Source: Ignavibacteriaceae bacterium (GTDB lineage Bacteria > Bacteroidota > Ignavibacteria > Ignavibacteriales > Ignavibacteriaceae). From it: a stretch of DNA of 64,000 nt. The position numbers and the translations under genes are program-made. Position 1 is the first letter of the stretch, and the number at the start of each line of letters is the position of its first letter. Shown here in pieces: positions 36,073 through 46,818 of the stretch. The notes under the pieces were generated by a model. It worked only from the letters and a program-made list of their open reading frames with translations, searched no databases and was not told the DNA's origin. The stretch covers positions 117,130 to 181,129 of the forward strand of contig JALNZG010000006.1 of NCBI GenBank assembly GCA_023229425.1, read 5' to 3'.

Positions 36073-37059
36073 TCAAATCCACTTCATTTCCTTGTACCAG
36101 GCAACCGTTCTTTTAATTCCTTCTTCAAGAGATATTTCCTGCTTATATCCGAAATGATCAAAAGCTTTTTGCGAAGAACAGATCCAATCTTTTTGAGTGA
36201 TGTCGCGCGCTTTTTCCAAATTCAACGTTGCCGCTTTACTTGAAAAATGAGAAAAGAAATGTGCAACCGCCGCAATACCATAAACTAAAAAGTGAGGAAC
36301 AATAATATGCAACGCATGACGGTTTAATGATTTCTCCGTTACCTTGCCAATTTCTTCCCAAGTATAAAATTTTTCAGAACCGATAAAATATATCTCTCCT
36401 TTTGTTCTTTCGGAAAGAGCGGCGAGATAAAGTCCGCGAACTAAGTCCTTAACGTGAATTAAATTGATACGCTTAATGTCTAAACCGATTGTTGTAAAAA
36501 TTCCAATATGATAAGTTTTAAAGAAAATTAAAATTTCGGTATCGCGTTCACCATAAACAGCCGGTGCACGGCAGATAGTGATTGGCAACTCATTAAAAAA
36601 CTGGCTTGCGACCTTTTCTTTTTCTAATTTACTTCTTCCGTAAGTAGTTATTGGGTGTGGTTCCATCGCCTCATTAACCGGTTCTCCGTCAAACGAAGGA
36701 CCGCCTGCAGTTTGACTACTCACAATCAGAATTTTTTTCAATGAACTTTTAAACTCAATCGCGGTTTCTAACAAAGTTCTTGTTGTTTCCACATTCCCCT
36801 TAAAATAACCTTCCCGTCTTTTTGATTTAACAACTCCCGCAACGTGATAGAGATAGGAAGCGCCGTTAAAAGCTTTGCGCAAGCCTTCTTTATCAAATAA
36901 TCCCGAATTAATAATTTCCACATCTTTATCTTTTAACCATTTCAGATCGCTGCTTTTACGGATAATACATCGTACTGCAAAATTCTGATCGAGTAAATAA
37001 TCTACTAAATGGCTTCCCACAAAACCATTGCCGCCTGTAACAACTGCAATTTCCTTCAT
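36073..37059 (-). CDS. NAD-dependent epimerase/dehydratase family SDR (candidate keto-sphingoid/ceramide reductase)
   Basis: Rossmann motif VVTGGNGFVGSHLV and YGRSK active-site context. Divergent from the Spt-like gene. Confidence 0.8.
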   Translation of the reverse strand: MKEIAVVTGGNGFVGSHLVDYLLDQNFAVRCIIRKSSDLKWLKDKDVEIINSGLFDKEGLRKAFNGASYLYHVAGVVKSKRREGYFKGNVETTRTLLETAIEFKSSLKKILIVSSQTAGGPSFDGEPVNEAMEPHPITTYGRSKLEKEKVASQFFNELPITICRAPAVYGERDTEILIFFKTYHIGIFTTIGLDIKRINLIHVKDLVRGLYLAALSERTKGEIYFIGSEKFYTWEEIGKVTEKSLNRHALHIIVPHFLVYGIAAVAHFFSHFSSKAATLNLEKARDITQKDWICSSQKAFDHFGYKQEISLEEGIKRTVAWYKEMKWI

Positions 37060-37173
37060 TTTTTTTCCGTAATTTGATTTTGAAACTATTTAATTATAGA
37101 TTTTAAATGAAAAATTACAAAAATAAGTTCGTATAAATAAATTATTTAATAATAACCGGATACGGAGGATCTT

Positions 37174-38364
37174 TTGGATCTATTTAATAAATGCTTTGAG
37201 TTTACGCGTGCCGACGAAGTTAAAAAGCTTGGCTTATATCCATACTTCAGACCTATCGAAGCAAATGAAGGACCCGTTGTAAAGATTGAAGGAAGAAAAA
37301 TTGTTATGGCAGGCTCAAATAATTATTTGGGACTAACCGCACATCCTGCTGTAAAAGAAGCCGCAATAAAAGCTATTGAAAAATATGGAACAGGCTGTTC
37401 GGGTTCCCGTTATTTAACCGGAACACTTGATCTTCATATAGAATTAGAAGACAGATTGGCAAAATTCTTAGAAGTTGAAGCAGTATTATTATTTTCTACT
37501 GGTTACCAGACTGCTCAGGGAATTATTCCTACATTAGTAAACCGCGGCGAATATGTTGTTTCTGATAGAGATAACCATGCTTGTATTGTCGCTGGAAATT
37601 TAATGGCAAAAGGGATAACTGCAGAAGTTGTTCGGTATAAACACAACGATATGACTGATTTAGAGAGAGTGATCTCAAAACTGCCGGAATCTGCCGGAAA
37701 GCTTGTTGTAAGCGACGGCGTTTTTTCCACCGGCGGTGAAATTGTTGATCTGCCCGAATTAAATAAAATTGCAAAAAAATATGGCGCAAGAATTTTAATT
37801 GATGATGCACATGCTACCGGCGTTATCGGTGTTGGCGGAAGAGGGAGTGCAAGCGAATTTAATCTTGGAAAAGAAATTGATCTAACTATGGGAACCTTCA
37901 GTAAAACTTTTGCATCGCTCGGCGGTTTTGTAGCAGGCACAGAAAGAGTTATCAATTATTTAAAACATAATGCCGCAGCCTTAATTTTTTCAGCTTCACC
38001 TACTCCGGCATCAGCCGCTTCTGCATTAGCCGCTCTTGCTATTTTGGAAAAAGAACCTGAAAGAGTTACAAAAGTTGTTCGTAATGCAGCAAAAGTCAGG
38101 ACTGCATTAACAGAAGCCGGTTTCAAAGTTGAACCGGGAAGAACCGCTATTGTACCGGTTATCGTCGGCTCTGATGAAGTAGCTTTTGTAATGTGGAAAG
38201 CTCTTTTTGAAGCCGGTGTTTTCGTAAATGTTTTTATTTCTCCCGGTGTTCCGCAAGGCAGACAAATGATGCGAACAAGTTATATGTCAACTCATGAAGA
38301 TGAACATCTGGACTTTATCATCGAAACCTTTAAGAAAGTCGGTAAAGAATTCGGATTGATCTAA
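37174..38364 (+). CDS. spt: alpha-oxoamine synthase, serine palmitoyltransferase-like (Spt / CapB-like)
   Basis: [46 protein letters not shown], and PLP-lysine [12 protein letters not shown]. The layout matches Bacteroidota Spt as I recall it. Confidence 0.8.
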   Translation: MDLFNKCFEFTRADEVKKLGLYPYFRPIEANEGPVVKIEGRKIVMAGSNNYLGLTAHPAVKEAAIKAIEKYGTGCSGSRYLTGTLDLHIELEDRLAKFLEVEAVLLFSTGYQTAQGIIPTLVNRGEYVVSDRDNHACIVAGNLMAKGITAEVVRYKHNDMTDLERVISKLPESAGKLVVSDGVFSTGGEIVDLPELNKIAKKYGARILIDDAHATGVIGVGGRGSASEFNLGKEIDLTMGTFSKTFASLGGFVAGTERVINYLKHNAAALIFSASPTPASAASALAALAILEKEPERVTKVVRNAAKVRTALTEAGFKVEPGRTAIVPVIVGSDEVAFVMWKALFEAGVFVNVFISPGVPQGRQMMRTSYMSTHEDEHLDFIIETFKKVGKEFGLI

Positions 38365-38452
38365 TTGGTTATTAGTCATCAGTCAATCGTCATTTTGTTT
38401 TACAATGACTACTACCCAAGATAATTCAGAATAAATTTTGAAAGGTGTTACT

Positions 38453-39577
38453 ATGAGCGCTTCCGTAGAAATTTCCATGGTACGAACAAAATCAGAGTTG
38501 ATGGAGTTTATCAAATGTCAATGGCAGTTTTATAAAAATGATCCATACTGGGTTCCACCTCTGATCATGGATAGAAAAAAACTCTTAAATAAAGAGAAGA
38601 ATCCATTCTTCAAACACGCGGAAGCTGATTACTTTCTCGCTAAAAGAGATGGTAAAATTGTCGGACGAATTGCTGCAATCAAAAATGATCTGCATAATAA
38701 ATACCACAATGAAAATATCGGATTTTTCGGGTTCTTCGAATCTATTAATGATCAAGCGGTTGCGAATGCTTTGTTCGATACGGCAAAAGACTGGCTTGCC
38801 AAGCGAGGATTAACCCACATGCGCGGTCCGGCAAATCCCTCTTCCAACGATGAATGGGGAATGCTGCTCGAAGGCTTTAACGACTCACCACGATTATTAA
38901 TGACGCATAATCCAAAATATTATTTAGACCTTTGCGATAACTACGGATTCTACAAAGCAAAAGATCTCCTTGCATATCAACTTGAAAACAAAAAAGTTAA
39001 CTCCTCTGAAAAACTTAAACGCGTCGCTGAGATCGCCAGAAAAAGATCCGGTATAAAAATTACTTCTCTTGATATGAAAAATTTTAATTCTGAATTAGAG
39101 AAAATAAAATTAGTTTATAACAAAGCCTGGGCGCCAAACTGGGGTTTTGTTCCCATGACCGAAGATGAAATTGACGCGATGGCTAAAGATTTAAAACCAT
39201 TAGTTGAACCTTCTTTAGTTTTGTTTGGTGAAATTAAAGGAGAGGTTGTAGGTTTCGCCCTTTGCATGCTTGATTATAATCAGATATTCAAAGAAATGAA
39301 CGGGCATCTTTTCCCTTTCAACTTTTTAAAATTGAAAACGAAGAAAAAAGAAATTAAATGGGCAAGAGTTATTACGCTTGGCATTATTCCCGAATATCAA
39401 AAACGGGGACTTGACGCAGTGTTTTACATGGAATGTCTTAATCGCGCGCATACTATCGGAATTGATTTAGGCGAAGCAAGCTGGATTCTTGAAGATAACG
39501 AAATGATGAACCGGGGCGCAGAAGTAATGCAAGGCGAGGTTTATAAAAAATATAGAATCTATGAGATTGCAATTTAG
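38453..39577 (+). CDS. GNAT-fold-like N-acyltransferase family protein (candidate bacterial ceramide synthase)
   Basis: About 375 aa with PYWVPPL...DYFLAKRDGKIVGRIAAI...GFFGFFE...RGLD. I recognise this family as annotated GNAT N-acetyltransferases. The ATG at 38453 is preferred over the TTG at 38438. Confidence 0.6.
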   Translation: MSASVEISMVRTKSELMEFIKCQWQFYKNDPYWVPPLIMDRKKLLNKEKNPFFKHAEADYFLAKRDGKIVGRIAAIKNDLHNKYHNENIGFFGFFESINDQAVANALFDTAKDWLAKRGLTHMRGPANPSSNDEWGMLLEGFNDSPRLLMTHNPKYYLDLCDNYGFYKAKDLLAYQLENKKVNSSEKLKRVAEIARKRSGIKITSLDMKNFNSELEKIKLVYNKAWAPNWGFVPMTEDEIDAMAKDLKPLVEPSLVLFGEIKGEVVGFALCMLDYNQIFKEMNGHLFPFNFLKLKTKKKEIKWARVITLGIIPEYQKRGLDAVFYMECLNRAHTIGIDLGEASWILEDNEMMNRGAEVMQGEVYKKYRIYEIAI

Positions 39578-41552
39578 ATTCTTCCTCTTTTCCCTTTTTC
39601 TTTTTTACACAGCTCCATCATTTTGTCAATACAACAAAAGCGATGAAGCGTTAGTAAAAACAACTTTCACAAGAGAGTTCGATAATAAAATTATTTCATC
39701 CTATCTCAATTCAAATGATGAGAGAAAAATACAAACTGCACTTCTCTCGATAAGTCATTCAGAGGATTCTTCATTCATTCCCCAAATCTGTTCTTTAGAT
39801 TTTCAAAAGTATTATGGAATCATTTGTTTTACACTTGGTCAGCTTGGGGAACAGCGAAGTTCAACTCAATATCTTTGGCAGATGTTTGAAAAACATCAAG
39901 TTAAGGAAATCCAAAAGCTAGTTCTTGAAACAATTGGAAAGACCGGCAACAATAACGATTTACAAAAATTTCTTTACTTAAATGAACAAAAGAAAATTAT
40001 AAGTAACTGCGGATTCGCATTAGCGATTTACAATTTTTCTCTCCGCAAAATTTCCGAGAAGGAAAGCATTTCTTTTCTAAATGAAATTTTAGCGGCAGGG
40101 AAAGAAGGATGTGAAGAAACTCTTTTCACTCTTTATCGAATGGGGACAACAGATTCTCTAATTCTCTCTTCGATCGAAAAAATTATCCGCACTGAAATTA
40201 AAAAAGAAATCCCTTCGCAATTTGTTATTCAATACGCGCTAGGAATTTTCCGCAAAGCAAAATACTTTCCGAATGATTTTGGACTTCTTTATAAGTTAAG
40301 CGCTAACTCTAATCCAATAATCCGTATTGAAATTGCTCGAACCAGTATTTACTTCCCTTTTACAGTGCTAACTAATTTTGATTTTCTTCTTCAATTACTC
40401 CTGGATAAAAATTCAAATGTTTCAAGACAAATGGCAATCTCATTCCGTGAAATACAATTAAACGAAAAATTCAAAGCAGATGCCTTGCAGTTTATTAGAA
40501 ATCAACTGAAGAATAAAAATCTTTCTGAGGCGACACGCGGTGAATTGTTTATTGCTTTCATAAAACATTTACAGACGCTCGATACCTATTTTATAAAAGA
40601 ATACGAACCATTCATAGATAAAGCCTTTGTCTATCAAAGCTGCGGTGAATTGGCAATCCTTCCGAATGATATTTTTAATTATCTCATCGGGAAATATGCA
40701 CTTGAGAAAAAAGAGAACAAACTTTTTATTCTTTCTTCGTTGTTAAAGCATCAAAAAAATTATGGCGGCAGTAAATCTTTTAGTGATTTTGCCTTTAAAG
40801 TCCTCGCCGAAAAAGATATTTCCCTTTCAACTACTTTGCTCGATGAACTTTCCGATGATTTTATCTCTAAGAATAAAAAGAAGCTTGTTGAAACCATTTT
40901 AGCCGACACAAAACGGAATAAAAATGATCTGAATTTCGCCGGTAGTCTTGAGAGTTATTATAAAGTGACAGAAAAAATCGGTAAAATTTCCGCGAATAAA
41001 TTCTGCAAAATTTTAGCTTCTTCCAACATTCATTCAATTGCTAAGTTTGCCTCGGTTAAGCTTGGGAATAAAGTTCCAAATCAACATAACATGAAATATT
41101 TTGCAAGACTTTGGGAACGTGCATTCAAATATGAGGGAGCAATAGTAAAAACCACAAAAGGAAATTTCACAATTCAATTTCTGCCGGATGCGGCTCCTAT
41201 TTCAGTTGGTAACTTTTGTCTGCTTGCAGAAAAAAACTTTTTTAACGGATTAAAGTTTCATAGGGTTGTTCCCGCTTTTGTTATCCAAGGCGGTGACCCG
41301 GAAAATACCGGTTGGGGAGGTTCTGATATTCCCATCGTTTCTGAATTTTCACCATATCAATTTCAAACGGGAATTGTGGGGATGGCAAGCAGCGGAAAAG
41401 ATACCGAGAGTTCACAATGGTTTGTGATGCAGGCGTTTCACCCGCATCTTAACGGCAGATACACTATCTTCGGAAATGTGGTGGAAGGATTAGAAACCGT
41501 TTTACAGACAGAACAACAAGATAAAATTCTCTCAGTTGAATTGCTTCACTGA
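39561..41552 (+). CDS. cyclophilin-type peptidyl-prolyl isomerase with long N-terminal HEAT/ARM-like extension
   Basis: C-terminal FHRVVPAFVIQGGDP...GIVGMASSGKDTESSQWFV...GRYTIFG. The N-terminal ~500 aa are helical-repeat-like, preceded by a signal peptide. Confidence 0.75.
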   Translation: MRLQFRFFLFSLFLFYTAPSFCQYNKSDEALVKTTFTREFDNKIISSYLNSNDERKIQTALLSISHSEDSSFIPQICSLDFQKYYGIICFTLGQLGEQRSSTQYLWQMFEKHQVKEIQKLVLETIGKTGNNNDLQKFLYLNEQKKIISNCGFALAIYNFSLRKISEKESISFLNEILAAGKEGCEETLFTLYRMGTTDSLILSSIEKIIRTEIKKEIPSQFVIQYALGIFRKAKYFPNDFGLLYKLSANSNPIIRIEIARTSIYFPFTVLTNFDFLLQLLLDKNSNVSRQMAISFREIQLNEKFKADALQFIRNQLKNKNLSEATRGELFIAFIKHLQTLDTYFIKEYEPFIDKAFVYQSCGELAILPNDIFNYLIGKYALEKKENKLFILSSLLKHQKNYGGSKSFSDFAFKVLAEKDISLSTTLLDELSDDFISKNKKKLVETILADTKRNKNDLNFAGSLESYYKVTEKIGKISANKFCKILASSNIHSIAKFASVKLGNKVPNQHNMKYFARLWERAFKYEGAIVKTTKGNFTIQFLPDAAPISVGNFCLLAEKNFFNGLKFHRVVPAFVIQGGDPENTGWGGSDIPIVSEFSPYQFQTGIVGMASSGKDTESSQWFVMQAFHPHLNGRYTIFGNVVEGLETVLQTEQQDKILSVELLH

Positions 41553-42430
41553 TAAATTATTTCGTCGTATTTTCCGGCGTGCGGCGGGTCAATCTCCTTT
41601 AACGTTTTGAAAATAGATTTATCATGGTAATCTTTTAAGTACTCAATAATCTCTTGATATTTCGCATCAAAAAATACTTTAATAAAAATACTTCGCAGAT
41701 CAATTTTTGATTTCAATGACTGCAAAACATTTATAAGAGAAACTATCCTTTTCTGCCCGTTGTTTTTATTCACTTCAAAAAGATCAACCCCGTAATGATA
41801 TTCAGAAATAGCTTCACGGAAAGGTCTGAACCGCTCATTTAGAATATCCTCGACTAAATCGCGCCGGTTATAAGTTCCCGAACTTTTATCCCAACCTTTA
41901 CTGTATTTACTACTCAAAGCGAGATGAACAATGTCAAGGGCTTTTGTAAAAACCGGAGTGCCGCTCATTTGTTCCCACGAATCATTATCCATTCCTAAAA
42001 TTAGGTAAGCGTAATAATCTAAAAAACTTGTTATTGAATTGTTTACCATCGGATTAAAATAGAGCGCTTGATTTTTTTCGTAACTGAAATTCCAATTGTT
42101 ATCGAGGATCGTCAACATCGGGGAATTTTTAGTTGAATTGTAAACCGGTCTCTGGCTGCCGACAAAAACTTGAGCCGTGTAAGAAATTTCATCCGCGGCA
42201 GTTAAGAAAAAAATTGTGAAAGTACATTTTATTTTGGGGTTGTTCCATGTAGCGCCTGTAAACCGGTTGTTATTTAAATAATCTTGAACCGTCTGAGCAA
42301 AGTTCACAAGACTTTCTTTGTTAATAACGGGGAGATTTTCATATTGAACGGTGACCGTTGCCTGTAGTTCCTGCGCTTTTAATGAAAAGGTTAAGAGCAC
42401 AAGTAAACCAAGAATAAACTTCATAATCAT
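41546..42430 (-). CDS. DUF4835 family protein (named T9SS PorD in some annotations)
   Basis: Signal peptide, ELQATVTVQYENL..., FVGSQRPVYNS, FLDYYAYLILGMDNDS, YNRRDLVEDIL. Confidence 0.65.
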   Translation of the reverse strand: MIMKFILGLLVLLTFSLKAQELQATVTVQYENLPVINKESLVNFAQTVQDYLNNNRFTGATWNNPKIKCTFTIFFLTAADEISYTAQVFVGSQRPVYNSTKNSPMLTILDNNWNFSYEKNQALYFNPMVNNSITSFLDYYAYLILGMDNDSWEQMSGTPVFTKALDIVHLALSSKYSKGWDKSSGTYNRRDLVEDILNERFRPFREAISEYHYGVDLFEVNKNNGQKRIVSLINVLQSLKSKIDLRSIFIKVFFDAKYQEIIEYLKDYHDKSIFKTLKEIDPPHAGKYDEIIYQ

Positions 42431-42719
42431 TCCTCAAATTCAGTTTTACAGAGCAGAAATTTTTTACTATGAAATCTTACTAAAAATATCGGTAAAAAGA
42501 AAGGATGAAATTGGAAATGTTGTAACTTCCAAACTGCTGAAGTTATATTATTTTTAGTGCCATGCGCATGAATCCTAAATTAGAAATAAACTCAATTATA
42601 TCAGAAAAATTATTTATCTTTATTCAAGACATTGGTCAACTAATGTTTTCTCGAAAGATTTATTTTATTTCCATAAATCTCTTTAGAACCGGTTAGATAA
42701 CTAACTCATAGATACTATA

Positions 42720-42983
42720 ATGAATATAACATTAATCAGCGCATCTGATTTGCCGGGATTTCAATTCAGGAACATAGTAGGTTTTAACAGCTATGTTTTT
42801 ATGAGGGTAGCTCCAAGCCAAAATAACCTGATACTTTTATTAGTTGATGGTGATTTGAAGAATTATGACGCCAACAATGATTTTGGTTATCCTATCTCAG
42901 GTATGTATAAATCTTTAGAAAAAGCTGATCTTGCCGGGGCAGAAGGAGATAATTATTGGACGAATGAGAGGAGGATTAAATGA
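42720..42983 (+). CDS. hypothetical small protein
   Basis: ORF only. 4-nt overlap with the next ORF. Confidence 0.3.
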   Translation: MNITLISASDLPGFQFRNIVGFNSYVFMRVAPSQNNLILLLVDGDLKNYDANNDFGYPISGMYKSLEKADLAGAEGDNYWTNERRIK

Positions 42984-43354
42984 AAAAATTTTTTACCGCA
43001 CAATCGCAAAGTTCAACTAAAGCTACCTCTAAAATTGTACTCATCTACTTAATCGTCAGCGTTCTATGGATTTTCTTTTCAGATAGCCTCATCAGTAGTT
43101 TAGGACTCTCTCTTTTTATCCAAACAATAGTTTCAATTATTAAAGGATGGGGTTTCGTAATTGTTACTTCCATGCTTCTTTATTATTTGATTAGGAAAAG
43201 TACCGGTCATATCATCGATGAACATAATATGTTTACCAAAATTGTGGAAACGGTTCCCGTCGGGATAGCATTCGCGAGTAAAGAAAGCTTAACTAACACA
43301 AAGGGAAAAAGTGGTTTTTTATTTTTCCTTGTATATCTTTTAAGAATAAAATGA
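42980..43354 (+). pseudogene. probable 5' fragment of a PAS sensor gene
   Basis: Two-TM N-terminus (LWIFFSDSL...KGWGFVIVTSMLLYYLIRK), then the first strand of a PAS domain (IVETVPVGIAF), then junk and a stop. Confidence 0.4.
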
Positions 43355-43373
43355 AAATAGGATATAGAACGAT

Positions 43374-46004
43374 ATGCCAACTATTCAATACGGCCAAATA
43401 TTCATACTTCTTTTTCAATGTTTAATAGTTGCATCACTTCTATTATTCCTGTTCCGATTACGCACAGTATTTGGATTAGGTTTACTATTTACTGCATTGG
43501 GCGTTTTTCAGTATTTGCAGGTGTTTCTTGCCGGTACACTTTACATTGAAGTTGCGCCTGGTATTTTAGTTTCGCCCGGATCAACAGTAATGTTCAGCGG
43601 AAGTCTTTTTGCAATACTTCTAATTTACATTCGTGAAGATGCTATTGAAGCGCGCAAAGTAATTTATGCCATTCTTGCTGCTAACCTTGTTTTAACTTTT
43701 CTACAAATTGTATTTAGCTGGAATTTAGAAGGAGACGGAGTTAAAAATATTTATAGTCTGCCAAAAGAATTATTTACTCAAAATGCACGTGTACTAATAG
43801 TTGGAACTTTAGTTCTTTTCTTTGATTCTTTCATTGTGATTATTTTGTACGAAGTTATATCGCGGTATGTTTCTGTTCTTTTTTTACGTATCCTCTTTTC
43901 GATGGCAGTGGTACTCAGCATTGATTCATTGCTTTTTTCTTTTGGTGCATTCGGTGGGACAAATCAATTCCTAAGCATTTTAGTTTCGGGATTGATCTCA
44001 AAAAACTCTGCCGCATTAGTTTACTCGGTTTTATTTACAATTTACCTTGTTTATTTAGATAAGGACTTACACAAAAAAGTAGTTAATGCTGGTTCATTTA
44101 AGGATATATTTTATTCTCTAAGCTTCCGGCAAAAATATGAACATGTTTTTCAGGAAAAGGAAATTCAGAAAATAGAACTGCAGAAAAGCGAAGATTACAA
44201 CCGCCTGTTATTCAATACTTCTCCTATCGGTTTGGCACTTTGCAGAATGGATGGCTCGCTTATAGATGTTAACCCTGCTTTTGCAAAAATTATTGGCAGA
44301 ACTATTGATGAAACATTGAAACTAACTTATTGGGATATCACACCGGAGAAATATGCCGCACAAGAAGAATTGCAGTTAAAAAGTTTAGAAGAAACCGGCA
44401 GATACGAATCTAATGAAAAAGAATACATACATAAAGATGGGCATCTCGTGCCTGTTCGATTACACGGTTTAATTATTGAAAGGAAGGGTGTAAAATTTAT
44501 TTGGTCAAGCGTTGAAGATATTACTGAACGCAAAAAGACAGAAGAAGTTTTACATTACCACCGAACCTTGTTAGCTGAAATGGGTAAAGTTGCAAAAATA
44601 GGCGGATGGGAATTCGATGTCGCAACCGGTAAGGGAACGTGGACTGAAGAAACTGCAAGAATTCATGATCTTGACCCGAACGATGAGACAAATATGGAAC
44701 GCGGATTAAGTTTTTATAAGGATGAATCCCGCTCAAAGATTGTTGATGCAATTAAAGAAGCGATTGAGTTTGGCAGATCATATAAACTTGAACTTGAACT
44801 AATAACGGAAAAGAACATTCATAAATGGGTTCAAACAATAGGGCATCCCCAAATTGCTAATGGAAAGGTTATTCATGTGCGCGGTTCTTTTCAGGATATC
44901 ACCGAACGCAAACTGGCAGAAGTAGCATTATCTGAGGCACATGAACAATACCGGCAGGCTCTTACACAAGCTAAAGCAGTTCCCTATCTTCGATATTATC
45001 ATGAGAACCATTATAATTTTATTGGTGATGACATTTTCAAGTACACCGGTTATCCAGCTCATGAATTTCTTCCTTCACTATGGAAAGAACTGCGGCAGGA
45101 AGTTGTTATGATTGGCGAATGTGCCGGATTAACTATAGAAGAAGCAGGAGACCAAATCAGGGAGGGTAAGCGTTCAAAGTGGCTTGCTGATTATAAAATT
45201 CGTACCAAGAACGGCGAAATCCGGTGGATAAATGATTCTTCTGTACAAATCAAAGATCAACAGGGAAAAATAATTGGTGCTCTTGGAGTGCTGCAGGATA
45301 TTACCGAGCGCAAAAAAACCGAAGAAGAAATCAATAAATCGCGCGATGAGTTACGCTCATTATCAGTTCACTTACAAAACATTCGCGAAGAAGAGAGAAC
45401 AAATTTGGCAAGAGAAATGCACGATGAAATTGGGCAGATTCTTACTTCAATCAAAATGAATTTATCCTTAATGAAAAGACAAGTAGGGAATAGAGAAAAG
45501 AAGTTTCAAAGAGAAGAGTTAGATAAAGAAATAAAGTCCATGTCGGAAATGGTGGATCATGCAGTGGTTCGTGTTAGAAAAATGATAACTGAGCTGAGGC
45601 CTGAACTTTTAGATAAATTAGGACTGATCCCAGCTCTTGAATGGTATGTTGAAGAATATGAAAAGGAGACAAAAATAAAATGTAAGTTCAAAAGTGATTT
45701 TGAAGAACTATTGCTCGATCATAATGTAGAATTAACAATATTCAGAATAGTTCAAGAAGCATTAACAAATGTTACAAAGCATTCAAAAGCAAAGAACGTA
45801 ACTGTAAATATTAAAAAAACCGAAACAGAAATAGTTGTTGAGATAATTGATAATGGAATCGGTATTTCAAAAGAAAAATTAAAAGTGGAAAAATCTTTCG
45901 GTTTACTTGGAATGCGTGAGCGCGCTAATCTTGTTGGTGGAAAAATTGAGATATCTGGAATCACTGGTAAGGGAACGACGGTTAAATTAGTTATTAGCAA
46001 TTAG
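43374..46004 (+). CDS. multi-TM PAS sensor histidine kinase (HisKA_3 type)
   Basis: Six to seven N-terminal TM helices, repeated PAS modules each ending DITERKK, the H-box REMHDEIGQILTSIK, and an HATPase domain (NVTKHS...DNGIGI...GLLGMRERA). Confidence 0.85.
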   Translation: MPTIQYGQIFILLFQCLIVASLLLFLFRLRTVFGLGLLFTALGVFQYLQVFLAGTLYIEVAPGILVSPGSTVMFSGSLFAILLIYIREDAIEARKVIYAILAANLVLTFLQIVFSWNLEGDGVKNIYSLPKELFTQNARVLIVGTLVLFFDSFIVIILYEVISRYVSVLFLRILFSMAVVLSIDSLLFSFGAFGGTNQFLSILVSGLISKNSAALVYSVLFTIYLVYLDKDLHKKVVNAGSFKDIFYSLSFRQKYEHVFQEKEIQKIELQKSEDYNRLLFNTSPIGLALCRMDGSLIDVNPAFAKIIGRTIDETLKLTYWDITPEKYAAQEELQLKSLEETGRYESNEKEYIHKDGHLVPVRLHGLIIERKGVKFIWSSVEDITERKKTEEVLHYHRTLLAEMGKVAKIGGWEFDVATGKGTWTEETARIHDLDPNDETNMERGLSFYKDESRSKIVDAIKEAIEFGRSYKLELELITEKNIHKWVQTIGHPQIANGKVIHVRGSFQDITERKLAEVALSEAHEQYRQALTQAKAVPYLRYYHENHYNFIGDDIFKYTGYPAHEFLPSLWKELRQEVVMIGECAGLTIEEAGDQIREGKRSKWLADYKIRTKNGEIRWINDSSVQIKDQQGKIIGALGVLQDITERKKTEEEINKSRDELRSLSVHLQNIREEERTNLAREMHDEIGQILTSIKMNLSLMKRQVGNREKKFQREELDKEIKSMSEMVDHAVVRVRKMITELRPELLDKLGLIPALEWYVEEYEKETKIKCKFKSDFEELLLDHNVELTIFRIVQEALTNVTKHSKAKNVTVNIKKTETEIVVEIIDNGIGISKEKLKVEKSFGLLGMRERANLVGGKIEISGITGKGTTVKLVISN

Positions 46005-46083
46005 TTCTTTGGAAAAATTATTTGCTAACTTAAAGTTGATAAAAAGAATTGTATATTTCTAAAAATATTTATTTGGTTTTACA

Positions 46084-46716
46084 ATGATTAACGTCTTTAT
46101 AGCTGATGATCATACTTTGATCCGCGAAGGTATAAAAAAACTTCTTGCCCAAGAAATAGATATTAAGCTTGTAGGTGAAACTTCAAATCCATTTGAGGTT
46201 GTAGATCAAATTGTTAAAAGTAAGTGTGATATTTTAATTCTTGATTTATCTATGCCCGGTAAAAGCGGACTTGATGTTCTAAAAGAAATTAAAGTCCTCG
46301 TCCCTCAAGTAAAAGTTTTAATTATGACTATGCTTCCGGAAGATCAATTTGCAAAACGAACACTTAAAGCCGGCGCTTCAGGATATATTACTAAAGACCG
46401 CGCAGGGGACGAATTAATTACGGCAATTCGCCGGGTTGCAGACGGTAGAAAATATGTAAGTCAATCATTAACTGAACTGCTCGTTGATGATCTTGACGGC
46501 ACTTCTCAAAAACCACTACATGAAATTTTATCTGACCGTGAATTCCAGATTCTTAAAATGATGGCAAAAGGAAAAACTCAAACAGCTATTGCAGACGAGC
46601 TTTCCATCAGCATTTCTACAGTTAATACCTATCGCAGCAGAATCTTCGAAAAACTTAATTTACACTCAAATGCCGAGTTGATCCACTTTGCATTTCAAAA
46701 TAATTTGACTGAGTAA
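46084..46716 (+). CDS. NarL/FixJ-family response regulator (REC + LuxR HTH)
   Basis: IADDH, ILILDLSMPG, and the LuxR HTH SDREFQILKMMAKGKTQTAIADELSISISTVNTYRSRIFEKL. Confidence 0.9.
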   Translation: MINVFIADDHTLIREGIKKLLAQEIDIKLVGETSNPFEVVDQIVKSKCDILILDLSMPGKSGLDVLKEIKVLVPQVKVLIMTMLPEDQFAKRTLKAGASGYITKDRAGDELITAIRRVADGRKYVSQSLTELLVDDLDGTSQKPLHEILSDREFQILKMMAKGKTQTAIADELSISISTVNTYRSRIFEKLNLHSNAELIHFAFQNNLTE

Positions 46717-46818
46717 CTACTCTCTGTAGTAAAATTACTACAAATATTTACCTTCCATTGCTACATTACTTTTTTCTCTTCTTTTTTACTTTAGTATAAA
46801 GAAAATGCACAATAATAA

